Positions 48,306 to 63,086 of a stretch of DNA of 64,000 nt are shown here, piece after piece (the first letter of the stretch is position 1; every line of letters starts with the position of its first letter). Position numbers and translations under genes: made by a program. The notes below the pieces were generated by a model, which did not search any database, had not been told where the DNA came from, and saw nothing but the letters and a program-made list of their open reading frames with translations. This stretch comes from Hormiphora californensis (taxonomy: Eukaryota; Animalia; Ctenophora). The DNA lies in the NCBI GenBank assembly GCA_020137815.1, contig CM035350.1:1116001-1180000 (forward strand). The letters run 5' to 3'.

Positions 48306-49213
48306 TCATGCGTACCTAACATGTCTACCCATCCAACAACTAAATTTCAACCTGAATAGACAGGAATTCCAAGATGCCCTGTCAATCCGGTACAATTTAC
48401 CAATCGTTGGAGAGGCTAGGCCCACAAACTGTGCATGCGATGAACTGAACACCGTTGAACATGCACTATCATGCAAAAAGGGCGGATTTGTAGCTCTGAG
48501 GCACAACCGAGTTAGGGACTACATAGCAGCGGAGCTTACTCGGGTATGTGACGGTACGGAAATTGAGCCCTCTCTGCTCCCCACCTACGGAAGAGACCTC
48601 CCTGAAGGAACGATCACAGAAGATAACGCCAGATTAGATATCGCAACGAGAGGATTCTGGAATCCAATGGATAAGGCAATGTTCGATGTAAGAGCTTTTA
48701 ATGCTCAGGCCCCATCCAACTGTAACCAGACTATTCCCCTTACATATGCAAAGCATGAGACCCAGAAGAAAACAGCTTATCTTCACCGAGTCCGGGAAAT
48801 AGAAGGAGGGTTCTTCAGTCCACTGGTGATCAGCACAACTGGGGGACTTGCCAAGGAGTTTACCAAAGTGGTCAAACACATTGCAGAACTGAAGGCAAAC
48901 AGATCAGGAAACAGTCATGGCGACTGCATCAGATACATCAGACTCCGACTAAGCTTCTCGATGGTCAGAAGTGTCACCCTTTCCATCCGTGGTTTCCGTG
49001 GGAAAAAGGCTGAAGCTACATCTGACGATCTATGGAACATGAGAGTGTGTGTGTAGTCAATGAACAATTGTTTTTAATTTATTATTTTATTCCGTGATAG
49101 CGCTAGAGCGCATTTATTTTTATATCAACTGAGAACTCTCAGCATCATAGAATTTTTCAAAATCGTTGAATTTTGATTTTTTTTGTGTAAATTAATGTAA
49201 ATAAGAGTTTTTT
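48306..49213 (+). mobile_element. CRE-clade non-LTR retrotransposon 3' fragment (zinc knuckle plus restriction-like endonuclease; frame ends 49056)
   Basis: CAC..EHALSCKKGG..RHNRVRD, ARLDIATRGFW, FDVR, HETQKKTAY, FSPLVISTTGG, RLRLSF..IRG.R. Confidence 0.8.
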
Positions 49214-49568
49214 ATGAAGGAGCAGTATCGTGGATTCGATTGAGAAAACCGCGGAGATCCATGAAGGTCAGAAGAAAAGGGCCTATGGGGAGAGAATCCT
49301 AAATGTGGAACGAGCTACCTTCACCCCACTTGTGTTCTCAACAATCGGAACATTCGGACCAGAAGCAGAGCGGTTCTACAAGCGTCTGGCTGGCCTGTAC
49401 TCGGTTAAGTCAAAACAAAGCTACAATGACGCCATTAGATACATTAGATTACGATTATCATTTTGCATCCTCAAATCAGTACTAATTCAAATTCGAGGCT
49501 ACCGAGGGTCTCTCCCATTCTATCCTGATCTAATAGATATGAATTTAGTACCTCTATTCCTTTTATAA
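49214..49568 (+). mobile_element. Second, divergent CRE-clade 3' fragment
   Basis: HEGQKKRAY..FTPLVFSTIGTFG..RLRLSFCILKS..IRGYRG, homologous to but distinct from the first. Confidence 0.78.
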
Positions 49569-49783
49569 ATCACGTTATTAGTATAACCCATTTCTATCTA
49601 TTATGCGAGATGTTGTATAACATGACATTGTAAATTTGTTCTATCTTTTCGGATTCGATTGTTTGTTGTTTTTGGCTTCTGTTTATGTTGTGTGTGTTTG
49701 CCGTTTGGTCCAGTCTTTTACAATTTTGTCCCCTATGTACATATTGATGTCTTATGTAATGTGCTAATGTAAATTCCCCCATA

Positions 49784-49824
49784 GCATTATTGATAATGGC
49801 CGTACAGCCGAAACGTCTAATAAA
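49784..49824 (+). ncRNA. Minimal type-I hammerhead-ribozyme-like motif (U3-A8 variant)
   Basis: ATTA-TTGATAA-T-GGC CGTACA GCC-GAAAC-GTC-TAAT. Confidence 0.6.
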
Positions 49825-51004
49825 TGAGCGTCTTCGATGTCATATCGCGCCCTCCAACAATATTGGTGTGAACAATGGAACCAAGAAATAATACTGTTGT
49901 TTACAGTAAAAACATAGAAGGCAGCTACATGGAGCTAGTCGAACTGTTAAAGTATATGAGCATCTTATTCCATAACAATATGGTAATGGTATACTTACGA
50001 TTACGTACGATAATGCCTACGGTCAATAATGCCTACAGGGTATATAGGCATATATAATTGGGTGTAGGCAAAACCGTCAAAACGGCAATAATGCCTACGG
50101 TGGCAATAATGCCTACGATAAAGTACGATAATGCCTACGATCAATAATGCCTACATTATTGATAGTTGGGTGTAGGCAAAAGCGTCAATATTATTGTTGA
50201 TATGGCGATAATGCCTACAGGGGTGATTGGGTGTAGGCAAAAGCGTCAATATTATTGTTGATATGGCGATAATGCCTACAAGCGTCAAATCATCATATCC
50301 CGATTGGTAACGTGACCCTGAGGGCGGCACCAATACGATATAGGAGATATGGCTCGTTCGTTATTGGAGTAAACCGATTGACATGAGAGCTCCTCTAATC
50401 GGTAAGGCTTAAGCTCTCATGTCTCATGTCGGATTGGATACGTGATATGGGCGGTTCATCTAACGGCTTGTTACAACGATTAGAGGAGCTCTCATGTCTC
50501 ATTCACTATGCTAATCGGTTGTATCGGATGCCCGGATACGTGATATGGGCAGTTCATCTAACGGTGGCAAAGAGGTATAAAGGTCGAGGTCACACAGCCA
50601 CAACTAACAATCATGTCTCTACCATTATCAACAGCTCTTCGAACAGCAATGGACTCCCTACTCGATACTACACCTCCTCCTCCTCCTCCTCCTCCACCAC
50701 ATCCTGATCCTTCTACACCTTCCTTACCTACTCCTCCTCCTCTTCCTGCTACACCTACCCTACCCACCCTACCTACCCCTCCTCCTCCTCCGCCTGCTAC
50801 ACCTACCCTACCTACCCCTCCTCCTCCTGTCACATCCTCTCTTCAATTCCTGACTGGGGCTAAAGGTGGACGACAGGCCGCCTACAATGGATACCTCTAC
50901 TGTGGAAACAGGAAAACCCAGAAAGTCCAGCACTGGGCCTGATCTTTGAGCAGACTTGTGTAAAATTCTCTCTTCTATTTTCAGTCTCTTTTCTATCAAT
51001 ATAT

Positions 51005-54000
51005 AGTTTAGTTTAGTTTAGTTTAAAATAAATGGAACGAGAAACAGTGAGAATTAATAAATAATTGTACCACCTCGTTCGGACTAAAAAAAGGAAGAAA
51101 AGAATATACACACGGTCACTCCCGCACACACCACTCTCTCACCCCTACCCATCACCCCCCCCCCCCCCCCCTTTCCCTCACCATCCCCCCGCCCCCCCGT
51201 CCCCCCTCTCCCGCCCCCCTTCCCACATTTGGCCCCCCTCCCCCCCACTTACTTCTTTTTCCTTCCTATTTAGCGCTGGAGAAGGCTGTTCCAGAGGTTT
51301 TTGGGGTCTTTAGCTTGCCATTGAACCCCTTGGGTGCTGTTTTGGCTGGTTTGTCTGAATTCAAACAGGTGTTTTTTTTATTTGACTATGAGTCCTCAGT
51401 TTAAATGTAGTGGGCGGTGGTCAGATATGGGGTTGACTGGGCCGACTATTAGAGAGTCGACCATGTCAAAAACGGTGCTCGTAGTGCAGAAGTAATCAAC
51501 TGTGCTGGAACCGTTAGGACGAATGCATGTTGTTGCACCGTATATATCGCCAACTACTCTGCCGTTCAGGATCGCCAATCCTGAGCTCTGGATAAAGTCA
51601 AGGAAGCTCTTGTTTCTGTTGTTAGTTTTCATATCTTCTGACGATCGGGGAGGGAGGAATGCAAGGTGGTCTGATTCAAGAAGGTCGGAGCTTGCTTCGG
51701 GTAGACCATGGAGAGGGGACAGGAGTTCGGCGTGCTCGTTCGGTAGGTTGTTACCAAGTCGAGCATTGAAGTCACCGCAAACTATGAACTCAGTTAAAGG
51801 ATCTGACCGACCGATTAGTTCTTGAATACAATCGGTGACTGATTCCAGTTCGTTAGTTTTGTTCCGTTTCTTGTATGAGCTTTCACTAGGTGAGTCGTAG
51901 GCGGAAACAAGAATGACATGGTACCCTAGTAGAGTACTTCGTATCTTTATGGCTACTACGTCGGGGTGGGTGGTCGGCACTGAGCTCACCAAAGTTGAGA
52001 GGCCGTTGGTAACAGCGATGCATACGCCACCCGATCTTGAGTCTTTCCTGTTGGAGTTGAAACACCGATATCCTTTGATTTTGATGGATTGTTTAGTCTC
52101 TTGGAGACAGACAAAGTTAGCCCCTTTCGCCACTGTTAGGTAGTCTGACATGTTTGTTTTAACACCTTCGTCACGTGTTTGAATGTCGTGTATATTCCAG
52201 GATACGAGCTTCAGCGTGTTGTTGCGAACAGGGGAGAGTTCAGGAGTTGAATTGTTTTTATTCATGGCTGGTGTTGTTAGTTTGGGAACGTTGATTTGGG
52301 TTTGGGTGAAGGCGCAGAGCTTTCAGGATGCTGCTTCTAAGTCGAAGCCAGTTCCGCTTCTCTCCATATTCGTTCGGGGTAGGTTGTGACGTGTTGTCGG
52401 GACTTGATACGCACAGATTAGGGAGTTTTCCGCTGTGGTATGAGAAAACACGTTTGGAAAAGGAGGAGCTTTGTTGTCTATAGGAGGAAACGAACTGTTC
52501 AATGAACTTAGATGTGTTGGATGAGGTCTCGGAATTTTGGAGCCCTTTGGTGCACACAACAGGTTCCATGAAGCAGATGTTGGCTTTTTTGTTCGCATTT
52601 GTTAGTATGTTAGATGTTATCTTGGAGCACCATTCAGTAATTTCATTCATGGTGGCACCACTTTGGATGTCAAACCAGCCAACGTTGATGCAAATGCAGT
52701 CGGGGTTTGTTTTAGCTACCAGTTCGTTTATGCGGCTGGAGTCGTTGGATGCAAGACCCTTTAGTGTCTTGCACGGAATCAATTTTACCTTGAGGTGGCT
52801 TGCAAAAGCACTTTCATCAAATTTAGACAGTGAGCCATCATCTATTACTAGAGCGTACTGTTTTCTGTAGGATCGACCAGTACTGGACCTCGAGTCACGT
52901 CTGGAGCGGTCTGAGGAGGTGATTCGATGATTGCCGCTGAGTATGATTGTTGTCTTTGGTCTGAGGTACTGTGGATTCGATTCTAGGTTTTTGAGTTGGT
53001 ACAGGTAGCAGGGGCTTCCTTTTGTTTGTTGCCAATGTCCAGGGAAGTTCTTGGCCGCCATTGTTGTCTGATGATTCAGAGATAGCATGTCCTTGGAATG
53101 ACTGTTGGGCAGTGGTAACCGGTGTTTCAGAGGAAACAGATGCTGGTGCTGGAGGTACTGCATTGCTGGGCGGCTGTTGAGCTGTGGTAGCCGGTGTTTC
53201 AGAGGAAACAGATGCTGGAGCTGCATTTCTGGACGGCTGTTGAGCTGTGGTAACCGGTGTTTCGGAGGAAGCAGGTACTAGCTCTGGGGGTGCTGTATTG
53301 CTGGAAAGCTGTTGAGCTTTGGTAACCGGTCTTTCGGAGGAAGCAGGTACTAGGTCTGGGGGTGCTGAATTGCTGGACAGCTGTTGGGCCGTGGTATCAG
53401 ATGTTTCAGAGGAAGCAGGTGCTGGCTCTGAGGGTGCTGGGTTGCTTAACGGCTGTTGAGTCGTGGAGATAGTATTGGTATGGGTGCCGTTTGAACTTGC
53501 TCTGGTGTTTACCTGGGGTTTGTTTTGGCGGATGATGGATTTGAGAGCCTCGTTTTCCGTCTTTAGTTTGACTATCTCTAGAAAGGTTGCATCTTGGCAT
53601 TTCAGTAGGTCCGAGTTCTGGTTTCCGAGAGTGTCCACTTTTTCCATTAGTTGTGAGAGCATATCCATAAGCTGATTGTAGTTGTGGTTATGGTTTTGGG
53701 ACTGCACTTCTTTTCCTGAAGAGGTTTTTCGAGCTTTACCCGTAGATTGGGCAGTCTTACCTACTAGAGAGTCGATCTTTTGACTGTTTTCCTCAACAAC
53801 CTCTTTGAGACTGAGTATTCCATTTTCCAGGGCTTTCAGGGGTCTCAAGGCCTGCTCCGAGCATGTACATTTCTGAATGTTACCAGTACTTGCTGGGATG
53901 TGTGAAGATGCGGGCTTGGAGGTTTGGTGGTTTTCCTCGTTTGTTGTAGGTGTAGTCAGTGACTCAATGGTGTTTGTTGGTTTTTCTACTTGCGGTGACT

Positions 54001-54125
54001 TGGTACTCGTGTGAGGGTCTTCTGTTTCTTCCGGTTGGGGTGGTTTGTGTTGGATGGGGCTTCGGTTAGAGTAGATTGGGAGAGGATCTTTTTCATCCGT
54101 CTGCGTTGTCTCTTTTTCAAGGTGG
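51005..54125 (-). mobile_element. RTEX-like LINE lacking RT: ORF1 (coiled coil, repeats, esterase-like; ~52258-54096, frameshifted) and APE endonuclease (51396-52265)
   Basis: APE motifs SWNI, LQETK, SGGV, GDFNAR, LNGR..GD..G..TC, VDY, SDH; ORF1 PDCICINVG resembles an SGNH esterase block; (AAACT)n tail near 51005-51022. Confidence 0.8.
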
Positions 54126-54174
54126 ATGAGTTAATATATATATTTCTATATATTGAAATATTGATAGAAAAGAG

Positions 54175-54271
54175 ATTGCATTGCAGTTGACAACTCGCTA
54201 AGAATATCTCGATTCGATAAATATATATACCGAATCGAGATATCCTTAGCGAGTTGTCAACTGCAATGCAA
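54175..54271. repeat. Near-perfect ~42-bp-arm hairpin
   Basis: ATTGCATTGCAGTTGACAACTCGCTAAG..TCGATTCG pairs with CGAATCGA..CTTAGCGAGTTGTCAACTGCAATGCAAT. Confidence 0.85.
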
Positions 54272-54490
54272 TACTGCCTACACTGCTCGTAGGCATTATT
54301 GTCAACATCAGTGGTAAAATCACAGTTTTGCCTAATGGTAGGCAATGTACCGTAGGCAAAACTGCGGTTTACCCCCCTGGTGTTGACGATAATGCCTACA
54401 AGCAGTTTTGCCTACCCTCCACCTCTAATTAGGTGTTTTAGGGTGTAGGCATTATTGACCGTAGGCATTATTGTATGCTACCATACTTAC

Positions 54491-55470
54491 TGTCGCTCGA
54501 AAAGTGCAGACTTTTCCTTCTTGGATCTATTCTTGTTAAAGAAAGATAGTCGAGGGGACGTTTTTGAGTGTAATAAAGTGGAATTCATTACAGTGTGTTA
54601 CAGTGCAAGATGGTGTGTGGTTGGGTACTAACTAATCCACCACCACATGGTAATATATATGCTGTGTCTGTCCTACGTGCCCTTCTCTCTTTCCTCTCAT
54701 TTTGGTATTAAAAGGGCGCCCACGGTCTAATCGGGTTAGCACACTTACTAAACTTGTGAAACCCCAGAGATTGGACAGAGAGTGTGTGGTAAAGCAGACT
54801 AAATAGGCGGGAACCAGTGCTTTCGTGGCATATATTCAGTGTGGGTGAGAAAATAGTGCAAAGTAAAGTTGCCGGCCGGCTTTATACATATAATATTAGC
54901 TCAGTCAGCAGTGAAACAACTACTGCTGGGGGAGAGCCGGGAGGAAAATATACCTCATGAACTAACTGACCTTGATGTAGCGTTCAAAGTCATATGGATC
55001 CAATGTCACTTCATCCTCGTCCAGTTTCTCTACAACCAGGACATCAACATCCCTTCCTGTGGGGAGGGTGCCCGTCCGTAGTATCTTGTCCTTTAGTGCC
55101 CTCATTATCTTCTCTCTCCGCAACACACGATACGTCTGTTCATCTTCCACGGACATGTAACTGGGGAGGGGGGAGGTTAACTAAATAATAAATTGTGATA
55201 GAGAGGATTCATTTCTACTGTGAGGCGAGAGCATTCATTCTCCCCCGGGACTCACTTGTCAAATATGTTGGAGAGTGTTGAGAGGATGAGATCTCTCTGC
55301 TTTAAGCAAATAATACCCATGGCATCTAAATCCTTTTCATTGATCTGTCGAATCACTTCAATGTCATCATATCCGTTATCCAAAAAAGTATCCGCAAATT
55401 GGTCCAAGTTCCATGTTGATAATCGTTCCCTTATGTAGGGTTCACTAACTTGCAAATTTTGCAAAATCAT
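54491..55470 (-). CDS. SAM-domain protein, SAMD5-like (exons ~55256-55470, ~54971-55160, probable ~54491-54531)
   Basis: LDQFADTFLDNGYDDIEVIRQINEKDLDAMGI resembles the SAMD5 SAM domain (F.DNGYDDLEV..QI...DLDAIG). Confidence 0.7.
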
Positions 55471-57335
55471 CCTAATCCTAAAGTAACTGGTTAACGGTTA
55501 TCACAGAAGAACATGGCATATATTCTGATATTGCAGACAGCAGACACCGAGGAAACGGAGGTAGTCACTACGACCATTGGAGCCAAATTGTGCACACTCT
55601 TGTCTGTTGTCAAGATTTTCAAAATAAGGAGTAACTAAAGAAAACACTAAACAGCGACCCTTAAAAAGCCTCCACGAGACACACAGAAAGACAGGTCACA
55701 GGAAGACACATGGAGGACTCACCACAGCACGAGAGGACTGCGACCAGTAGCAGAAGACTCACAGATATCACGCATGACGATTGAACTTAATATTGGTAAA
55801 TCTTCTAAGGTTCTACTAATGGTCACTGTCATCTCATGTTGTGGTGGGTCTCCTTTCCTCTTCGGAGTTCGGTGTGTCTCATGAACATTTTTACGAGTGG
55901 CTCTGGGATAGATATCTGTCAACGGGAAAATTTGGCCGGCACTACTGCAGTCCCCTATATCATGTGGCAGTCAGAAACGCCTGCACTGTCCACTGGTCGA
56001 CCGCAGCGCATGCCAACGAGAGATGTGTTTAAAGATTTTTTAACCTGCGAAATAAATAAAATAAAAACTTGATCTGATATAAAGTTGCGCGCGCTAATTG
56101 TGCGCGGACCTTAAAATGCAGTGTACTTTTTTTGAATTTCGCAATTTACGGAATAACGCGCGTTCAGCTCAGTTCCCGCGCTCGGGTCTGGATTCTGGAA
56201 ATTTCCAGGCGACACTGTCACTGCTGCAGCACAGTGCACACATCTGTGTTTGTTCATGATAACGGTGTAATTTGGTGGTCGCATCCATTGTTTAATATGC
56301 AATTGCATTTGCACCTGAATTTGCCAGTTACTTTTGCTTCCAGTTACCAGCTTGGTGATTCAACTTCAAACTTCCACCTTCCAGTTCCCAAGATTCGATT
56401 GACAATTACAGATTAGAGTACCTAATTACTAATTACTAATTAGTGTTAACTTTTACTTAGTTCAGACTGCTCAAAGTTCATCTATAATTCTGTTTAATTC
56501 TCCGTTTTGATTTTCAAATTCGACAGTGTTGAGTGTGCCCAAATACATTCCTCTTGAGTCTCGACTCTCGGGACGATAGGTATTTGATAGTTATTAGTTA
56601 AGCCTCAAGCCATTGTTAGCCATTATTAGTCAGGGGGACAGTAATAAAGCCCCTTTCCCTTCTAGAACATATCCAGGCAATGCTGCATATTTTACCAGTC
56701 TGCATATGCCGCCCCTCTCTCACTCAGGTAAATCAATGTGTGCTATCCCGCCTCTTCTCCAGGGACCCTTGATTCGATTTGGGGGCTCTAATTTTGTTTG
56801 TTGGGCAGTTTCCATGAGAACAATAAAATGGCCGTTAGAAATGGGTGGGGAGGGAGATGAAAATGTTTGAACAAGAGCGGGACAACGGTCACAGCTGATA
56901 TGAAAAAGAGACTGATATGTAAGGTGGGTTTGAGGGTGGTAGAGAAAAAGGTATCATGCACAGAGAAATGATCACTGATTGCTTGATATATTCAAGATGA
57001 CTTAGTATTTACTGAGAGGTGTTTACACCCAGCCTTCATGTTAGCTGTGAGACGATGGATGATTAGGTGATTATGGTGAAACTTCATGAACCATTGCACC
57101 ATTGAGTTGTGATTAAGTTATGAACGGATATTTTCGTGGATGAATTATGAACTGTGTATTAAACGTGACCATTTTACTTTTAGTTTTAGGAAAAACAAAT
57201 TAAAACAAAATGGCTAAAGAGGTTTGGTAAACTGAAATGGGTAAATTTTTACAATGGTCACTTTGTCAGAAAAATAAATGTGTGTTCGTCAAGATCTCGT
57301 TGTCATGGTGAAAAAGAGAGTTCATCAGATACTGT

Positions 57336-58830
<1,495 letters not shown>

Positions 58831-59141
58831 GGTAACGGGGTTTAAAACTTCTGCGATGTAGCAACGAAATCGGAAGAAATGGAAATGAGTTGTAGAGAGC
58901 GGTGAGCGGGAGCCTTTATCCTCTCCCTCTCTCCCTGCCGTGAGTCACGTGGGTTCAGGTCACGTGACATGCCACCTGGGCACCAGGTGACATGGCTACT
59001 AGATTGCTCCTTAGTGTAAGTGATATGCCATCCTCTCATTGGTGTCCCATCCCCTCACGTGACCATAACACGTGGTCTATAAGGGGTGGGCACGTGATAG
59101 CTTTAACGACGCCCAAGTTATTAGGAGATTATTACACACTC

Positions 59142-59155
59142 GTTGCCATGGTAAC
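59142..59155. promoter_or_regulatory. RFX X-box upstream of alpha-tubulin 1
   Basis: GTTGCCATGGTAAC matches the X-box consensus; nearby CACGTG E-boxes and a CCAAT. Confidence 0.65.
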
Positions 59156-60002
59156 CATGCATACCAAACACAAACCGCTGCTGCTGCAGCAGGGGTTAAT
59201 GAGGGCCCACCTTCCTGCCACCTATCTGGGTAGGGGCCAATCAGAGAGCTAGTGTGCAATCACTTTGCATCAGAATGTATGCCCCCCCCCCCAGCAACCG
59301 TTACCACACACGAACAATCAGACCAGATCAGACCACCAATATTAGATCACACCAACTTCTAACAGTTTCTCTTTACCCTCTCTCTTTCTAGTCTCTCTTT
59401 CTCTCACTTCCACCTCCCTTCCACCTCCCTATTTCTGTTCTATTCGTATAGAACCACTGACAGAGTGACAGCTGGGACCAGTAGCAAATAAGAATTATAT
59501 GGAGAGGTTTAATTTTTGTAGGTAAATCCAAAGGTGAGGGAGGCATTTACATTGTTCACAGTCGCATGCTGTTACATATGAACTCACTCTCAAGAAATGA
59601 TGTAATAGAAATGATATTTTACCCGGCCACCCTGTATAGAATCTCGAATCACCTTCACAGCTCTAATTAGAACACTTTGCTTCATGTTGGGTGCTATGGA
59701 AACAGAGTCCTAGCTTAAACCCTCATCTGGAAATGCACATGGGAAATTACCCAACTAAATATATCTATGCAAGTAAGCAAATGTTTGTCAGACCAATTTA
59801 AGGAAATGTGAGTGTGTGAATTTTTCTTTACTTTGGAAGTCCTGACCTTTCGGAAATAAAAAGCAAATTAAAACAAGTTGGCTAAAGAGGTTTGGTAACT
59901 GAAATGGGTAAATTTTTACAATGGTCACTTTGTCAGAAAAATAAATGTGTGTTCGTCAAGATCTCGTTGTCATGGTGAAAAAGAGAGTTCATCAGATACT
60001 GT

Positions 60003-61475
<1,473 letters not shown>

Positions 61476-61673
61476 GGTAACGGGGTTTAAAACTTCTGCG
61501 ATGTAGCAACGAAATCGGAAGAAATGAAATTTGTCGTAGATGGCGGTGAGCGGGAGCCTTTATCCCCTCCCCAGTCTCCCTGCCGTGAGTCATGTGGGGT
61601 CACGTGACAAGCCACCCAGGTAGTCGAGATTACTCCAAGGTGTATGTACTGTTATAGTTCTCTCCTGACAGTT

Positions 61674-61687
61674 GTTGTCATGGAGAC
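61674..61687. promoter_or_regulatory. X-box-like site upstream of alpha-tubulin 2
   Basis: GTTGTCATGGAGAC at the position homologous to the copy-1 X-box. Confidence 0.45.
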
Positions 61688-61868
61688 CGTGTATATACAA
61701 ACTGCAGCCGGGTTAATGAGGGAGCGGCCACCTCTCTGCCACCTGCTAGAGAGGGCCATTCAATGTGTGCTAGTATGCAATCTGAACGCCCCCAGCAACC
61801 GTTACCCCACACGAACAGTCAGACCACTAACGTTGGATCACACTGACTTCTAACTGCTGAGAAAGAAT

Positions 61869-61871
<3 letters not shown>

Positions 61872-61948
<77 letters not shown>
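61872..61948. repeat. (GA)n microsatellite
   Basis: Direct reading. Confidence 0.95.
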
Positions 61949-61952
<4 letters not shown>

Positions 61953-62673
61953 TAGCCCTCTCTTCCTATTCTATTCTATCCTATAATATCTAAGAGAACC
62001 ACTAGTTACATGATCATGTAACTCGTGGTTCTCTTACATGTAATGAGGGGCATGCCCGCATAGTAGAGATGTGGGAGAGTATGGAGGGGTTTCGAGGTTA
62101 GGAATAGAAGCCAGAAGGATCGAATGAAACAGCAGTCGAACCGAATGGATGGGGTTTCGAGGTTAGGGAGGATAGACAGCAGTCGAAAGAATAAAGAAAT
62201 ATCCAATAAAACTTCATGAACATGATGAACTTGTCTTCATGGAAGTTAAGACCTGCTCCTTTCATTTTCAGAAAGTTCTACGATTTACACGACATAGTAC
62301 TATAAACGATAAAGATTATACACCGGAAGATAATTCTGTGATGCAGCTGGAGCTATTATATCGATTGAGTCCACCACAACCGCAAATCAGTAAGTTCTCA
62401 TCCCAGCCATCATGATGATGATACAGGATATAATAGGTATGTGTGTTATACATCTCAGTGCTGTCATGCAGGTGGGAGATGTGTGCAGCAGGTTAGGAAG
62501 TGAGTACAATGTAGAGTTCCATGCAATATCAGCTATGCAATCCATGCACTGTCCCTCTCTCTCTCTCTGTCTACCCCATCTATCTGTTTTCTCTTTCTCT
62601 CTTTGGTAGTACCCACCTGTTACTTTCTGATCGTGCACAGGATTGTGAGAGGTTACGAGTAACCAATCTCGCT

Positions 62674-62680
<7 letters not shown>

Positions 62681-62739
<59 letters not shown>
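62681..62739. repeat. (CT)n microsatellite
   Basis: Direct reading. Confidence 0.95.
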
Positions 62740-62741
<2 letters not shown>

Positions 62742-63011
62742 GTCTCTCTATCTCTATCTCTCTCTAACTGTGGTCTGTAAGTTCACCAGGCAATAGCCAA
62801 TACAGGTACAATCTCATATAATAGAAGTAGTTAACCTCGCTCTAGATCTTCCTAGGTCTCGGCAGTATGTTAGAAAATGGTTCTCTTTCTTTCTCCTCTC
62901 AGTTTCTAATTGTCGTCTATTTCTAGTTCGTGGCCGTTTCTCTGTCAATCTAAAAACTGTTCCAATCGTTACATAAAAGACCCTTTAAATGTTCCTCTCA
63001 TATCTGGAGCT

Positions 63012-63086
63012 GCATTGGCCTGACCCTGAACTGCGGTCAGAGCATTGGCCTGACCCTGAACTGCGGTCAGAGCATTGGCCTGACAG
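63012..63086. repeat. 30-bp tandem repeat (2.5 copies) between 10-bp direct repeats
   Basis: GCATTGGCCTGACCCTGAACTGCGGTCAGA units flanked by ATCTGGAGCT. Confidence 0.75.

Larger units (their letters stand above)
45117..49886. mobile_element. Penelope-like composite bounded by ~240-bp inverted pseudo-LTR-like repeats (45117-45359 / 49651-49886)
   Basis: Arms are reverse complements, each with a hammerhead-like motif; interior holds an inverted pair of Penelope GIY-YIG segments. Confidence 0.75.
49979..54485 (+). mobile_element. Degenerate MULE/foldback-like DNA transposon with ATAATGCCTAC subterminal repeats and a truncated FLYWCH-like ORF (50613-50942)
   Basis: Left ATAATGCCTACGGTCAATAATGCCTAC is mirrored by GTAGGCATTATTGACCGTAGGCATTAT at the right; ORF ends LQFLTGAKGGRQAAYNGYLY..K..HW, like the start of a FLYWCH finger. 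Confidence 0.62.
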
